Made by a program: the position numbers and the translations under genes | In this document: positions 51,388 to 61,004 of the stretch, one piece after another | Layout: every line of letters begins with the position of its first letter | How positions within the stretch are numbered: the first letter of the stretch is position 1 | Notes under the pieces: model-generated | Databases searched by the model: none | What the model saw: only the letters and a program-made list of their open reading frames with translations | What the model was told of the DNA's origin: nothing | Source: an uncultured Thermococci archaeon | GTDB lineage: Archaea; Methanobacteriota_B; Thermococci; Methanofastidiosales; B48-G16 | NCBI GenBank assembly: GCA_964595645.1 | Contig: CAZQQT010000011.1 | Coordinates: 28,400-92,399 of the forward strand | DNA: 64,000 nucleotides | Reading direction: 5' to 3'

Positions 51388-52815
51388 ATGAGATTCACGA
51401 AGCATCCCATACTGAATTTCACCGAGAAGAGAAAGAAAGAAATAGAGTTCATATACGACAGCAAGAAGATACGAGCGTACGACAATGAGACGATCGCTGC
51501 AGGACTTCATGCCTCAGAGGAAAAGGTACTATCGAAGAGCAGTAACCGTCTGAGACCTCGGGGATTTTACTGCGCCATTGGAAAGTGTGCCTCCTGCCTA
51601 ATGACGGTGAACGGCATCCCCAACATCAAAACGTGTATGACCCGCGTGGAAGAGGGAATGACCGTTGAGATGCAAGAAGGACTTGGATCGTTGAAAACCC
51701 CGAGGAAGACAAAGGGAACAACGAGAGAGATGGAGACAGAAGTAGCAGTTATTGGAGGAGGACCTGCAGGACTCTCAGCTGCGCTGGAAGCTGCTAAATA
51801 TAATAAAGTCGTCCTGATGGACGAAAACTACACGTTGGGAGGACAGCTGGTAAAACAGACACATAAATTTTTCGGATCCGGGGAGGAGAAAGCGAGTACG
51901 AGAGGAATTACCATTGCGGAGGAACTCGCTCAACAGGTATCAGAGAACGAGAACATTACATCACTCCTCACCACGAGTGTGATAGGCCACTACGATAACC
52001 ATGGGCATACGCTCGCTGCAGTAAAAGACAACGAAGCATTAGTAAAACTCCGCACGGATACGTTCATTGTGTCTACAGGAGCTACTGAGAACACGCTGGT
52101 ATTTGAGAACAACGATCTACCGGGGATCTACGGTGCGGGTGCTGTTCAGACACTGATGAACGTCTATGGGGTAAAACCGGGAGACAGGGTGCTCATGGTA
52201 GGAGCGGGAAATGTAGGACTGATCGTGAGCTACCAGCTTCTCCAGGCAGGCGTTGATGTGGTTGCTGTGGTGGAGGCGCTCCCAGAAATAGGAGGATACA
52301 ACGTCCACGCAGCGAAGCTCAGACGATGCGGTGTCCCCATACTCACAAGACATTCGATACTCAAAGCGGAAGGAGAAGAGACACTTGAAAAAGCCACTAT
52401 TGTAGAACTAGACGAGGAATGGAACCCAGTAGAAGGAACGGAGAAAGAAATTAATGTAGACGTGATCTGTCTTGCAGTGGGACTGTCCCCTTCTATCGAA
52501 TTGTTGAGACAGGCGGGGTGCTCCACACGGTATATTCCTGAGCTCGGAGGAAATGTCGTTCCGCACAACGAATACTTGGAGACAGAAGTAGAAGGTGCGT
52601 ACATAGCCGGAGACTGTTCCGGTATCGGTGAGGCATCCACCGCCATGATCGAAGGAAGAATTGCAGGATTATCTGCTGTGCTGTACCTCCAAGAAAATAA
52701 AAGGGCTAGGAAGCGGAGAGAGCAACTGATTGAAGAGTTAAATCAACTGCGACAGGGGCCATTTGGAGAAATGCCGCGAAAAGGAAAGAAAAAACTTTTC
52801 GAGGTGTGTGAATGA
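51388..52815 (+). CDS. Dye-linked L-proline dehydrogenase/sarcosine oxidase-type alpha subunit (2Fe-2S + FAD/NAD oxidoreductase)
   Basis: RPRGFYCAIGKCASC, GGGPAG, GAGNVG and AGD motifs. Confidence 0.85.
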   Translation: MRFTKHPILNFTEKRKKEIEFIYDSKKIRAYDNETIAAGLHASEEKVLSKSSNRLRPRGFYCAIGKCASCLMTVNGIPNIKTCMTRVEEGMTVEMQEGLGSLKTPRKTKGTTREMETEVAVIGGGPAGLSAALEAAKYNKVVLMDENYTLGGQLVKQTHKFFGSGEEKASTRGITIAEELAQQVSENENITSLLTTSVIGHYDNHGHTLAAVKDNEALVKLRTDTFIVSTGATENTLVFENNDLPGIYGAGAVQTLMNVYGVKPGDRVLMVGAGNVGLIVSYQLLQAGVDVVAVVEALPEIGGYNVHAAKLRRCGVPILTRHSILKAEGEETLEKATIVELDEEWNPVEGTEKEINVDVICLAVGLSPSIELLRQAGCSTRYIPELGGNVVPHNEYLETEVEGAYIAGDCSGIGEASTAMIEGRIAGLSAVLYLQENKRARKRREQLIEELNQLRQGPFGEMPRKGKKKLFEVCE

Positions 52816-53282
52816 GCTATAAAGAAGATGGTGTACTCACACAGGAAGATCTGGATCTACCGCCCAAGAAAAGACTGGAGAAAGGTCCTATCGTGATAAT
52901 CGAGTGTGTTGAACATATCCCCTGTAATCCCTGTGTTGATGCCTGTCCCTTTGATGCCATATCTATGAGAACAATCACGGATCTTCCTGAAGTAGAGTAT
53001 GAAGTATGTACGGGATGCGGCACGTGCATCACCATCTGTCCCGGGCTTGCCATCTTCGTCGTGGATCTGTCTGGAGATACGGCACGAGTAACGCTTCCCT
53101 ACGAGTTTTTACCGGTACCGGAGGAAGGCGACACGGTAAAGGCACTGAACAGAAGAGGGGAGGCTGTCGGTGATGCTACAGTAGTGAACGTGAGGGAAGG
53201 AGAAAACAAAACGTACGCAGTTACAATAGAGGTAGAAAAAGACCTCGGAATGATCGTGAGAAACATCGAGGTGGTAGAATGA
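52812..53282 (+). CDS. 4Fe-4S ferredoxin subunit of proline dehydrogenase complex
   Basis: C...IPCNPC...CP and CTGCG.C...CP motifs. Confidence 0.85.
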   Translation: MSYKEDGVLTQEDLDLPPKKRLEKGPIVIIECVEHIPCNPCVDACPFDAISMRTITDLPEVEYEVCTGCGTCITICPGLAIFVVDLSGDTARVTLPYEFLPVPEEGDTVKALNRRGEAVGDATVVNVREGENKTYAVTIEVEKDLGMIVRNIEVVE

Positions 53283-53542
53283 AGATTGTCTGCAGATGCG
53301 AGGATGTGACGGAGGAGGAGATTCTCGACGCCATTGATGAGGGGTACACAAACATGGAAGAGTTAAAGAGACATCTACGAATCGGTACAGGTCCCTGCCA
53401 GGGGAGAACCTGTCTAAAAATTGTTGAGAAAATGCTCGCGAGGAAACTGGACAAAGAAACGGATGAGATAGAAAGACCGACATCCAGGCCCCCATTAAAA
53501 CCTGTGCCCGCGTATGTGTACGGTGATACCGATGAAGAGTGA
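53279..53542 (+). CDS. BFD-like 2Fe-2S subunit
   Basis: CRCEDV, G.CQGRTC and RPP..PV motifs. Confidence 0.85.
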   Translation: MKIVCRCEDVTEEEILDAIDEGYTNMEELKRHLRIGTGPCQGRTCLKIVEKMLARKLDKETDEIERPTSRPPLKPVPAYVYGDTDEE

Positions 53543-54674
53543 CGCAGAGGTAGTTATCATAGGAGGGGGAGTAACAGGATGCGGCACCGCGTACAACCTA
53601 GCGAAAAAAGGACTCACCGATGTGGTACTGGTGGAGAAGAGCTACGTAGGTTCCGGTGCTTCCGGAAGATGCGGCGGCGGCATACGGCAACAGTTTACCT
53701 CAAAATGGAATATCACTCTCGCCATGGAGTCAGTGAAACGATTTGAAAAAATGAATGACGAGCTCGGTGTTGACATCCAGTACGACCAAGGAGGCTACTT
53801 AATCATCTCCAACGATGAGGAAGAACTCAAGGAGCTTAAGAAAAACGTGAAGCTCCAGAACAAACTGGGGCTAGACAGCAGGGTCCTCACCCCTGCAGAG
53901 GCGAAGGAGATCGTCCCTAACCTCAACGAAGAAAATATTATCGGTGCTACCTTCTGTCAGAGTGATGGAAACGCGTACCCGTATAGTGTAGTAAATGGCT
54001 ATGCACGAAACGCAGAAGAAATGGGTGTAGAAATACAAAGGTTCACCGAGGTACAAGATATCATCACAGAAGACAATGAAATACAGTCGGTGGTCACAAA
54101 CAGAGGAAAAATAAAGACAAATATTGTTGTCAATGCTGCAGGAGCGTACTCTCGAGAGATCGCGAAGATGGTGAATGTTGAGACGCCCAATAAACCGTAC
54201 AGACACGAAATTATGGCAACTGAGCGGTACAAGCATATATTGGACCCAATGATTATCTCATTTAAAGAAGGGATATACTTCAGTCAGCAGCGTCATGGCG
54301 AGATCGTCGGCGGAATCAGTGATCCCGATGAACCGTCCTCGTACAACATGAAGAGCAGTCTACGATTTATGGAGCGATTTACTCGCGTAATGGGAAGGAT
54401 AGTGCCAGTATTTACAAATTTGAATGTGATACGACAGTGGGCCGGTCTCTACGACGTGACACCGGACGCACAACCCATCCTCGGCCACACAGAAGGGATA
54501 GACACGCTGATACAGGCGAATGGATACTCCGGTCACGGGTTCATGATCGCGCCCATGGTCACAGAGCTGATAGCCGAGCTCATTGTAGATGGAGAAACAT
54601 CGATGCCCATCGACGAGCTGAATTTGAAGCGATTCGAAGGAGAGACCGTTGGAGAGGCATATGTCGTCGGATAG
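53532..54674 (+). CDS. FAD-dependent proline dehydrogenase/sarcosine oxidase-type beta subunit
   Basis: IIGGG..G, GASGR.GGG.R.Q, W.G.YD.TPD and G.SGHGF motifs. Confidence 0.88.
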   Translation: MKSDAEVVIIGGGVTGCGTAYNLAKKGLTDVVLVEKSYVGSGASGRCGGGIRQQFTSKWNITLAMESVKRFEKMNDELGVDIQYDQGGYLIISNDEEELKELKKNVKLQNKLGLDSRVLTPAEAKEIVPNLNEENIIGATFCQSDGNAYPYSVVNGYARNAEEMGVEIQRFTEVQDIITEDNEIQSVVTNRGKIKTNIVVNAAGAYSREIAKMVNVETPNKPYRHEIMATERYKHILDPMIISFKEGIYFSQQRHGEIVGGISDPDEPSSYNMKSSLRFMERFTRVMGRIVPVFTNLNVIRQWAGLYDVTPDAQPILGHTEGIDTLIQANGYSGHGFMIAPMVTELIAELIVDGETSMPIDELNLKRFEGETVGEAYVVG

Positions 54675-55293
54675 GTTTGTAGTTTTTGATCTTGATGGCA
54701 CGCTCATCAAAGAAAACTCGGCGTGGGAGATACTCCACCGACACTTTCGCGTGGATAAATCTCTGGTAGAAAGAAACAAAACACTCTACGATAAGGGAAA
54801 AATCGATCTTGATAAATGGATAGCAATGGATGTAGAATTATGGGAAAACCCACACAAAACAACAATTGAGGAAGTTCTAAGAGACTACACACTCATAGAC
54901 GGAATAAAAGAGTTTATTGCGTATTTGAGGAAGAGAGGAGTTTACATTGGCATTGTCTCCTCTGGGATCGATATCCTCGCCGAATGTGTAGCAAATGAGC
55001 TTGGGATATCAGAATGTCACTCAAACACCCTCTCCTTTGATGAGAAGGGACTTCTTGTTGGAGGAAAAGGACATGTCGATCTGCACAGAAAAAAAGATAC
55101 CGTGCAACAGCTCGCTACGAAGTACAAGATCCCGCTCAAAAATTTCATTGTTGTAGGGGATACAAGCTACGACATGATCGATGGTGTAGGAACAACGATT
55201 GCCCTTAATCCAAAGGGAGAACTACAGGCTGATTATACGGTGGATTCTGTACGTGAGTTGAAAGAGATCTTCGAAAAAGAGATAGATCTATAA
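54661..55293 (+). CDS. HAD-IB phosphoserine-phosphatase-like hydrolase
   Basis: FDLDGTL, SSG and GD...D motifs. Confidence 0.85.
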   Translation: MSSDRFVVFDLDGTLIKENSAWEILHRHFRVDKSLVERNKTLYDKGKIDLDKWIAMDVELWENPHKTTIEEVLRDYTLIDGIKEFIAYLRKRGVYIGIVSSGIDILAECVANELGISECHSNTLSFDEKGLLVGGKGHVDLHRKKDTVQQLATKYKIPLKNFIVVGDTSYDMIDGVGTTIALNPKGELQADYTVDSVRELKEIFEKEIDL

Positions 55294-55380
55294 TACAGGA
55301 GAAAATTCAAAAAAATAGGAACCGAAACATTTATAATTTCTATAAACAACACTGTAGAGTCGTGAGTGCGACGTGATGCG

Positions 55381-58008
55381 ATGAATGCCATTATCTCTCT
55401 TTCTGATATCGACAACCCCGATACAACTATCCTGGGCGGAAAAGCCGCCAACCTCGCATCGCTTGCCTCCGCAGGGTTCTCTGTGCCGCAGGCATTTATT
55501 GTTCCTGTAGACATCTACAAACAATTTCTTACATCTAACGGACTAAACGAGGAAATCGCTCAAATCCTGAAAAAAACAGAATTCGATGATAAGAAAAGTG
55601 TAGCGTTATGTTCTAAAAATATCAAAGAAATTATACTCGCAGGTAAAATGGAAAAAGAAACGAAAGAACGTATTCTGAGAATGTTGGCGGAAGAAAGCGG
55701 CCGATGGGCAGTCCGTTCCTCCGCCACAGCGGAGGATCTTCCGGACGCATCTTTCGCAGGTCAACAGGATACATTTCTCGGTATCAAATCGGAGGACGTC
55801 CCTAGATATATTAGAAAATGCTGGGCGTCGTACTGGAATACACGAGCGCTGGTATACCGACACAATGCCAGAGTGTCCCATCTTGAAGGAGGTATCGCCG
55901 TGGTAGTACAGAAAATGGTGGATGCCCGATCCTCTGGAATTATGTTCACCACAGATCCGACAAGAGGAGATACTACAATCGTGATCGAGTCGAGCTGGGG
56001 GTTGGGTGAATCGATTGTGTCGGGTGTGGTGAGTCCGGATCGATTCGTGTGTGAGCGATCCTCTGTGAAAATTGCAGAGAAAGAGATAAGCAACAAGAAA
56101 AAGGGTGTATTTCTCTCTGAAGGGAAGAAATGCATCAGAGAGATAAACCACGGAAAGCAACGGAAACCCTCTCTCACGGAGGAAGAAATCCGTCAACTCG
56201 CAGAGCTCGGCAAGACAATAGAATCACATTTCGGTACGCCGCAGGATATCGAGTGGTCCATTGAGAATGGTAACATATACGTCCTGCAGTCCCGTCCCGT
56301 GACAACGCTGGAAAAGGACGATGAGATTCTATGGACAAGAGGGTATGGCGATGAGTACTGGGCAGATGTCACCTCCCCACTCTTCTTCTCCCTGCTCGGT
56401 GAGTACCTTACGGAGTACGTCAATCATGAAGGGGCGGAGATTATGGGATATAAGGAACTCGTTGACACAGAGCTTCTACGGCTCCATAAGGGACATATCT
56501 ATTTTAACACCGAGGTACTGGAACAGATATTCACCTTCAATCCACGGTTCTCCAGGACAAAGGAGCTCCTCGATTACTTCCCAAAGAAAGATCGGGAACG
56601 CATTGCCAACGCGAAGACAGAGACGTTGAGAAGGATATGGGCAGAGATGAGGATAATGCTCCTCGATCCCGACGGCATGATCTCTCGGACGGATAAAGCA
56701 TACAAAAAATGGACGGAACGCTTCCTCTCGAAAATAGAAACATTTAATTCCCTCGATCTTACCACCTTCAGCAGCAAAGAACTCCACGAGACGTTCCTAG
56801 AGATGGAAAAGGCATATATAAAACACTTTCAGCTCATACGGTACGGAATAGTCACACACAGCATCGGGATGAACCTTATTCTCAAACGATGGCTCCACGA
56901 CTGGCTGGACGATGAATCAGGCGCGCTCTACGCAAAACTTATTTCGGGGCTCTCCAGCAACAAGACAGTGCAAACAAACATGGCGATTGCAGCACTTGCA
57001 CAATCCGCTCGAACGGATAAAACCGTGAAAAAATTACTAGATTCTCTCCCCTCTCACGAATTTCTCAATGAACTCAGTTCTAATCTCTCTCTCGCAGGGT
57101 TCAACGAAAAGTTTACCAAATTTTTAGAGGCGTATGGTCATCGATCCCACACAAGAGAGATGTACTTTCCACGGTGGAAAGACGATCCGACGCTTGTCAT
57201 TGAAATTCTCAAACAGCTAGTACACACGTCGGACAGATTCAAGGAGATCGAGAAGCGAAAGGTGAAAGAACGTATCGAAACTGAGAAAAAAGTCCTTGAA
57301 GAAATTTCAAAGCTCAAGTATGGATTTATCAAGAAAATAATATTTAAAATTGTGCTGAAATACGCACAGAAATACCTTATGTTCCGAGAAAATCAGCGGT
57401 TCTATCTCGATCATATTATCTATCAATGGCGACGGTTGTTTACCGAGTACGGACGGAGATTCGTTGAGAAGGGGCTTATATCCAACGAAGACGATATTTT
57501 CTTCCTCTCAAAAGAGGAAATATTTGATATCGCGAGAGGAGATTCGCTGGACTCGCTCAAGAAAATTTCGCAGAGAAAGAAAGAGTTTGAAAAATATCGA
57601 AGTGCACTTCCACCAAAGTTCTTGAAAGGGGAAAGAGAGTTTGACGACATCATCATTGAAGAAGACGTGAGAATCGTCACCGGCACGCCGGCGAGCCCTG
57701 GGACTGCAGTAGGGAGGGTACGAGTTGTTGATTCGATTACCAATCTCTCTTCGGTAGAAGAGTCCGAAATCCTGGTCACATCAAATACTGATCCGGGATG
57801 GACCTGCGTGTTTTCCCAGCTTAATGGACTTATCACCGAGACGGGTGGTATCCTCTCTCATGGTGCGGTCGTCTCGAGAGAGTATGGTATTCCTGCGGTG
57901 ACCGCCGTGAAAAATGCTACAAAAATATTTAAGACTGGACAAAAAATTGCTATTGATGGAAATAAAGGAGTGGTACACGTGATGGAGGAATCACATGCAC
58001 ACAGATAG
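55381..58008 (+). CDS. PEP-synthase-like small-molecule phosphotransferase (RPH/PigC domain order)
   Basis: N-terminal ATP-grasp (GGKA, VRSSA..ED....SFAGQ, DIEW, LQSRP) and C-terminal His-swivel (TDPGW, GG.LSHGAVVSREYGIPAV); no PEP-binding barrel. Confidence 0.85.
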   Translation: MNAIISLSDIDNPDTTILGGKAANLASLASAGFSVPQAFIVPVDIYKQFLTSNGLNEEIAQILKKTEFDDKKSVALCSKNIKEIILAGKMEKETKERILRMLAEESGRWAVRSSATAEDLPDASFAGQQDTFLGIKSEDVPRYIRKCWASYWNTRALVYRHNARVSHLEGGIAVVVQKMVDARSSGIMFTTDPTRGDTTIVIESSWGLGESIVSGVVSPDRFVCERSSVKIAEKEISNKKKGVFLSEGKKCIREINHGKQRKPSLTEEEIRQLAELGKTIESHFGTPQDIEWSIENGNIYVLQSRPVTTLEKDDEILWTRGYGDEYWADVTSPLFFSLLGEYLTEYVNHEGAEIMGYKELVDTELLRLHKGHIYFNTEVLEQIFTFNPRFSRTKELLDYFPKKDRERIANAKTETLRRIWAEMRIMLLDPDGMISRTDKAYKKWTERFLSKIETFNSLDLTTFSSKELHETFLEMEKAYIKHFQLIRYGIVTHSIGMNLILKRWLHDWLDDESGALYAKLISGLSSNKTVQTNMAIAALAQSARTDKTVKKLLDSLPSHEFLNELSSNLSLAGFNEKFTKFLEAYGHRSHTREMYFPRWKDDPTLVIEILKQLVHTSDRFKEIEKRKVKERIETEKKVLEEISKLKYGFIKKIIFKIVLKYAQKYLMFRENQRFYLDHIIYQWRRLFTEYGRRFVEKGLISNEDDIFFLSKEEIFDIARGDSLDSLKKISQRKKEFEKYRSALPPKFLKGEREFDDIIIEEDVRIVTGTPASPGTAVGRVRVVDSITNLSSVEESEILVTSNTDPGWTCVFSQLNGLITETGGILSHGAVVSREYGIPAVTAVKNATKIFKTGQKIAIDGNKGVVHVMEESHAHR

Positions 58009-58891
58009 AATTCACACACCGGGTAAGGAGAGGGAGTGGAATGAGAGCTTCTACTTCAACTGCGACGATAAGAAGAATGATATCTGCACATTTATGCGGA
58101 TCGGATTTAAACCAAACAAAGATGAAAAGAGTATGTTCTGCTTTTTTATCATGCCGGATAACTCTGTAATTGGAATAAAAGGTGAAGAACCGTACGAAAA
58201 CGACGAATTGGCGGTAAAAAATCTCCAATACGAATGTATCGAACCGGAGAAAGTATGGCACCTCACCTTCTCTGGAATGATGGGATCATTGGAGAAAGAT
58301 ACTCTGCGTAACGTCTCGTTTTCCTTCGATTACAAGTCGTTAAACAAAATATTTGACTATAAAAATTGCGTAACTGGGAAGAAAGAGAAAATATCGCAGC
58401 GTATAGCCTCAGAACACTTTGAGCAGTTTGGCCGCATGACAGGTACCCTCACCGTTGATGGAAAAAAGTATCAGATTAATGGCCTCGGAGAGCGGGATCA
58501 CTCATGGGGTGTGAGGGAGTGGACTGCTCCCAAAATGTGGATATGGCTTACCTGCCAGTTCTCAGAGACTGCAGCCCTCAATGTCACCAAACTCGTGGTA
58601 GAGGAAGGAGAGGTAGATGCGGGCTTCATTCATCGAGGAAAGAATATTCCTCTCGTCTCCACAGACATTGATACCGTGTTCGATGATGATGGAAGCCCCC
58701 GGTCGCTCGCCACGACCCTCGAGGATATAGAGGGAAAATCCCATAAGGTCGAAGCTCGAGTACTCAAGAAAGCGTGCCTTCCTTTCGAAGGAGAGGGAGG
58801 AAAACTCTCGCTGCTGCACGAGACGCTGGCTGAGTATACATACAACGGAAGAACGGGCTACGGTATTGCGGAGTATCTTATACGGCAATAG
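57995..58891 (+). CDS. AttH/tocopherol-cyclase-like beta-barrel protein
   Basis: WNESFYF, HFEQ.G...G and RDHSWG.R.W motifs. Confidence 0.65.
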   Translation: MHTDRIHTPGKEREWNESFYFNCDDKKNDICTFMRIGFKPNKDEKSMFCFFIMPDNSVIGIKGEEPYENDELAVKNLQYECIEPEKVWHLTFSGMMGSLEKDTLRNVSFSFDYKSLNKIFDYKNCVTGKKEKISQRIASEHFEQFGRMTGTLTVDGKKYQINGLGERDHSWGVREWTAPKMWIWLTCQFSETAALNVTKLVVEEGEVDAGFIHRGKNIPLVSTDIDTVFDDDGSPRSLATTLEDIEGKSHKVEARVLKKACLPFEGEGGKLSLLHETLAEYTYNGRTGYGIAEYLIRQ

Positions 58892-58902
58892 AGAGTGATA
58901 GT

Positions 58903-59844
58903 ATGACAAGAATAAAATCAGAGTATAAAATAAAGGGAATGAAACTGAAGAACAGGATTGTGATGCCACCCATGGCCACGGAAAAAGCCACCAAGACAGG
59001 CGAGGTTACACCGGCCCTCATTGAGCACTACCGGGAAAGACAGGGTGTGGGGATGATGATCGTAGAACACAGTTATGTGCACGAACAGGGGAAAAACTCG
59101 CCGCGTCAGCTCGGTGTGTACGATGATCATTTAGTCTCAGGATTATCGGATCTCGCTCACGCACTCCATACTCCTGTCGGTGTCCAGATCAACTATTCTG
59201 GAGGAAAGGCGATGCATCTTGAGAATGAATCACTCGCCGAGTTTGCACAGGTTGTCCACGGCCTCAGTAAAGAAGAGATTCAAGAAATTGTCGATGCTTT
59301 CGCAGAGGCTGCAATACGTGTAAAGAGAGCAGGATTTGACTTCGTTGAGGTGCATGGCGCCCATGGTTTTCTCCTCACCCAGTTCTACTCTCCGCTTACC
59401 AACAAGAGAGAGGATGAGTACGGTGGATCTTGCGAAAAACGTCTCCGACTTCCGCTGGAAATAGTAAATGCTGTACGTGAGGCTGTAGGAAAGACGTATC
59501 CTGTCGCATACCGCCTCGGTGTAATCGATGGTATTGAGGGAGGTCTCACCGTTGAAGATGGAATCTACGCGGCAACAAAGCTTGTAGAGGAGGGAGTAGA
59601 CTTCCTCGATATCTCCGGGGGTCATAGAGGATACCATATTCCGGGAAGAAATGAGAACTACTTCGTTGCTGAGGCAGCAGAAATCAAAAAGGCCGTCGAC
59701 GTACCGATCATGGTAACAGGCGGTATTCGCGATCCTCGAGAAGCCAACTCATTCATTGAGAAGGGAAAAACAGATCTCATCGGTGTGGGTCGTCCCCTTT
59801 TAAAGGATCCGAACTGGTCGGAAAAAGCATTGAAAAAACTGTAA
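58903..59844 (+). CDS. NADH:flavin oxidoreductase (Old Yellow Enzyme family)
   Basis: NRIVMPPM, AGFD.VE.HGAHG, N.R.DEYGG and GR..L.DP motifs. Confidence 0.9.
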   Translation: MTRIKSEYKIKGMKLKNRIVMPPMATEKATKTGEVTPALIEHYRERQGVGMMIVEHSYVHEQGKNSPRQLGVYDDHLVSGLSDLAHALHTPVGVQINYSGGKAMHLENESLAEFAQVVHGLSKEEIQEIVDAFAEAAIRVKRAGFDFVEVHGAHGFLLTQFYSPLTNKREDEYGGSCEKRLRLPLEIVNAVREAVGKTYPVAYRLGVIDGIEGGLTVEDGIYAATKLVEEGVDFLDISGGHRGYHIPGRNENYFVAEAAEIKKAVDVPIMVTGGIRDPREANSFIEKGKTDLIGVGRPLLKDPNWSEKALKKL

Positions 59845-59845
59845 A

Positions 59846-59918
59846 TAGCCGGGCGCGGATTCGAACCGCAGTCGCTGGCTCCAAAGGCCCGCAGGATTGT
59901 CCTCTACCCTACCCGGCT
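59846..59918 (-). tRNA. tRNA-Gln(TTG)
   Basis: AGCCGGG/CCCGGCT acceptor stem (archaeal A1-U72); CTTTGGA anticodon loop; GTTCGAATC T-loop. Confidence 0.92.
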
Positions 59919-59987
59919 CTGTGATAGCATTTTTCATTGAGGTATATAAATGTTTACTTCCTTAATTTGGGAATAAATCCCATACAC

Positions 59988-60524
59988 TCACTCCACACTA
60001 TACCTTAAAGTACCTTTCTCCGTTCTCAGCACGATCAGTACCAGTCTCTCTCGTTCTCCGTTTATCGTTATTATCGACTCATCTTTTTTTGGAAAATACT
60101 TTACTTTTATGTTGCCTTTAGCAACTTTTAAATGTTGTACTAAATTCTTAAGCTTTCCTTTTTTGTAGACGGAGACAATGTGGAAGTTGTTCTTTTGGGG
60201 TGTTGTTGTCTCGCTGTTATATGTCAGTTCCAGTATCTCTATATCCAACGTATTGGGTCGCTTTTTGTATTTCTTTGTTATTTCGAGTGTATTCCCAGTG
60301 TCATCTCTCAACTCGTAAACTCTATATGATTTCCCCTTCTCGTTGTACTCTTCATAGCTTACGTCCACATTATCGTCGATATTGTCTACGCCGATGACTT
60401 CAATGCCTTGTGTTTCAGTGTTGAAGGTTATCCTCGCCTCCGGCGGTGTTCTATCGATACTGAACTGGTTGAAGATCGTGTTGTTGTACTCCACACTTTC
60501 GCTTATTGTATTCTCGGGATCGAT
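59988..60524 (-). pseudogene. Orphan duplicate of the C-terminal domain of the 61005-64000 protein
   Basis: IDPENTISES.EYNNT...IDRTPPEA...VIGVDNIDDNVDVSYEEY...TEKGTL; homology starts mid-domain. Confidence 0.75.
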
Positions 60525-60565
60525 GATAATGCATGCTATAGTGGTAGAAACAAATATTTTTAATA

Positions 60566-61000
60566 TTATGTGCTGTTTTTCAAAAATAGATTTATTTTTG
60601 CTCCTGCAATCCCTCCTATTATATAAAAAACACTAAATAGTAAAACTAAAAATGTGCCTTTGGGATCCGTTGTTCCGAGGAGAAGTCCTCCCCACAAGTT
60701 GATTATAATGAAAAAAAATAAAAAAAAAACAGAGGCTCCTCTTACAAAGACAGTACTAACTTGGTCAACTTTTAAGTTCGTTAAGAACCCCAATAAAGTT
60801 CCTAAGAAAAAATATGAACTTGAAAATGCAAAAAAATAGAGTGAAAGATAATAACTTTCGTGTGTTGACGAATAATAAGTAATAATAGCAGGTTTATAAA
60901 TTGCCAATAAGAAATGCAGGAAATAATATAGGACTACACCCAATACAGTGACTCTATAAAACCACTTCCGTTCTTCCTTGTCCTCGGGAATAAAGCCCAT
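60566..61000 (-). CDS. AT-rich 4-TM membrane protein
   Basis: Four hydrophobic segments; starts 4 nt after the upstream stop. Confidence 0.7.
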   Translation of the reverse strand: MGFIPEDKEERKWFYRVTVLGVVLYYFLHFLLAIYKPAIITYYSSTHESYYLSLYFFAFSSSYFFLGTLLGFLTNLKVDQVSTVFVRGASVFFLFFFIIINLWGGLLLGTTDPKGTFLVLLFSVFYIIGGIAGAKINLFLKNST

Positions 61001-61004
61001 ACAC

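Noticed and set aside
59870-59895. G-A mismatch in the tRNA-Gln anticodon stem (and C-A in the tRNA-Val T-stem)
   Set aside because: Single mismatches are tolerated and the cloverleaves are otherwise intact; not called pseudo-tRNAs.
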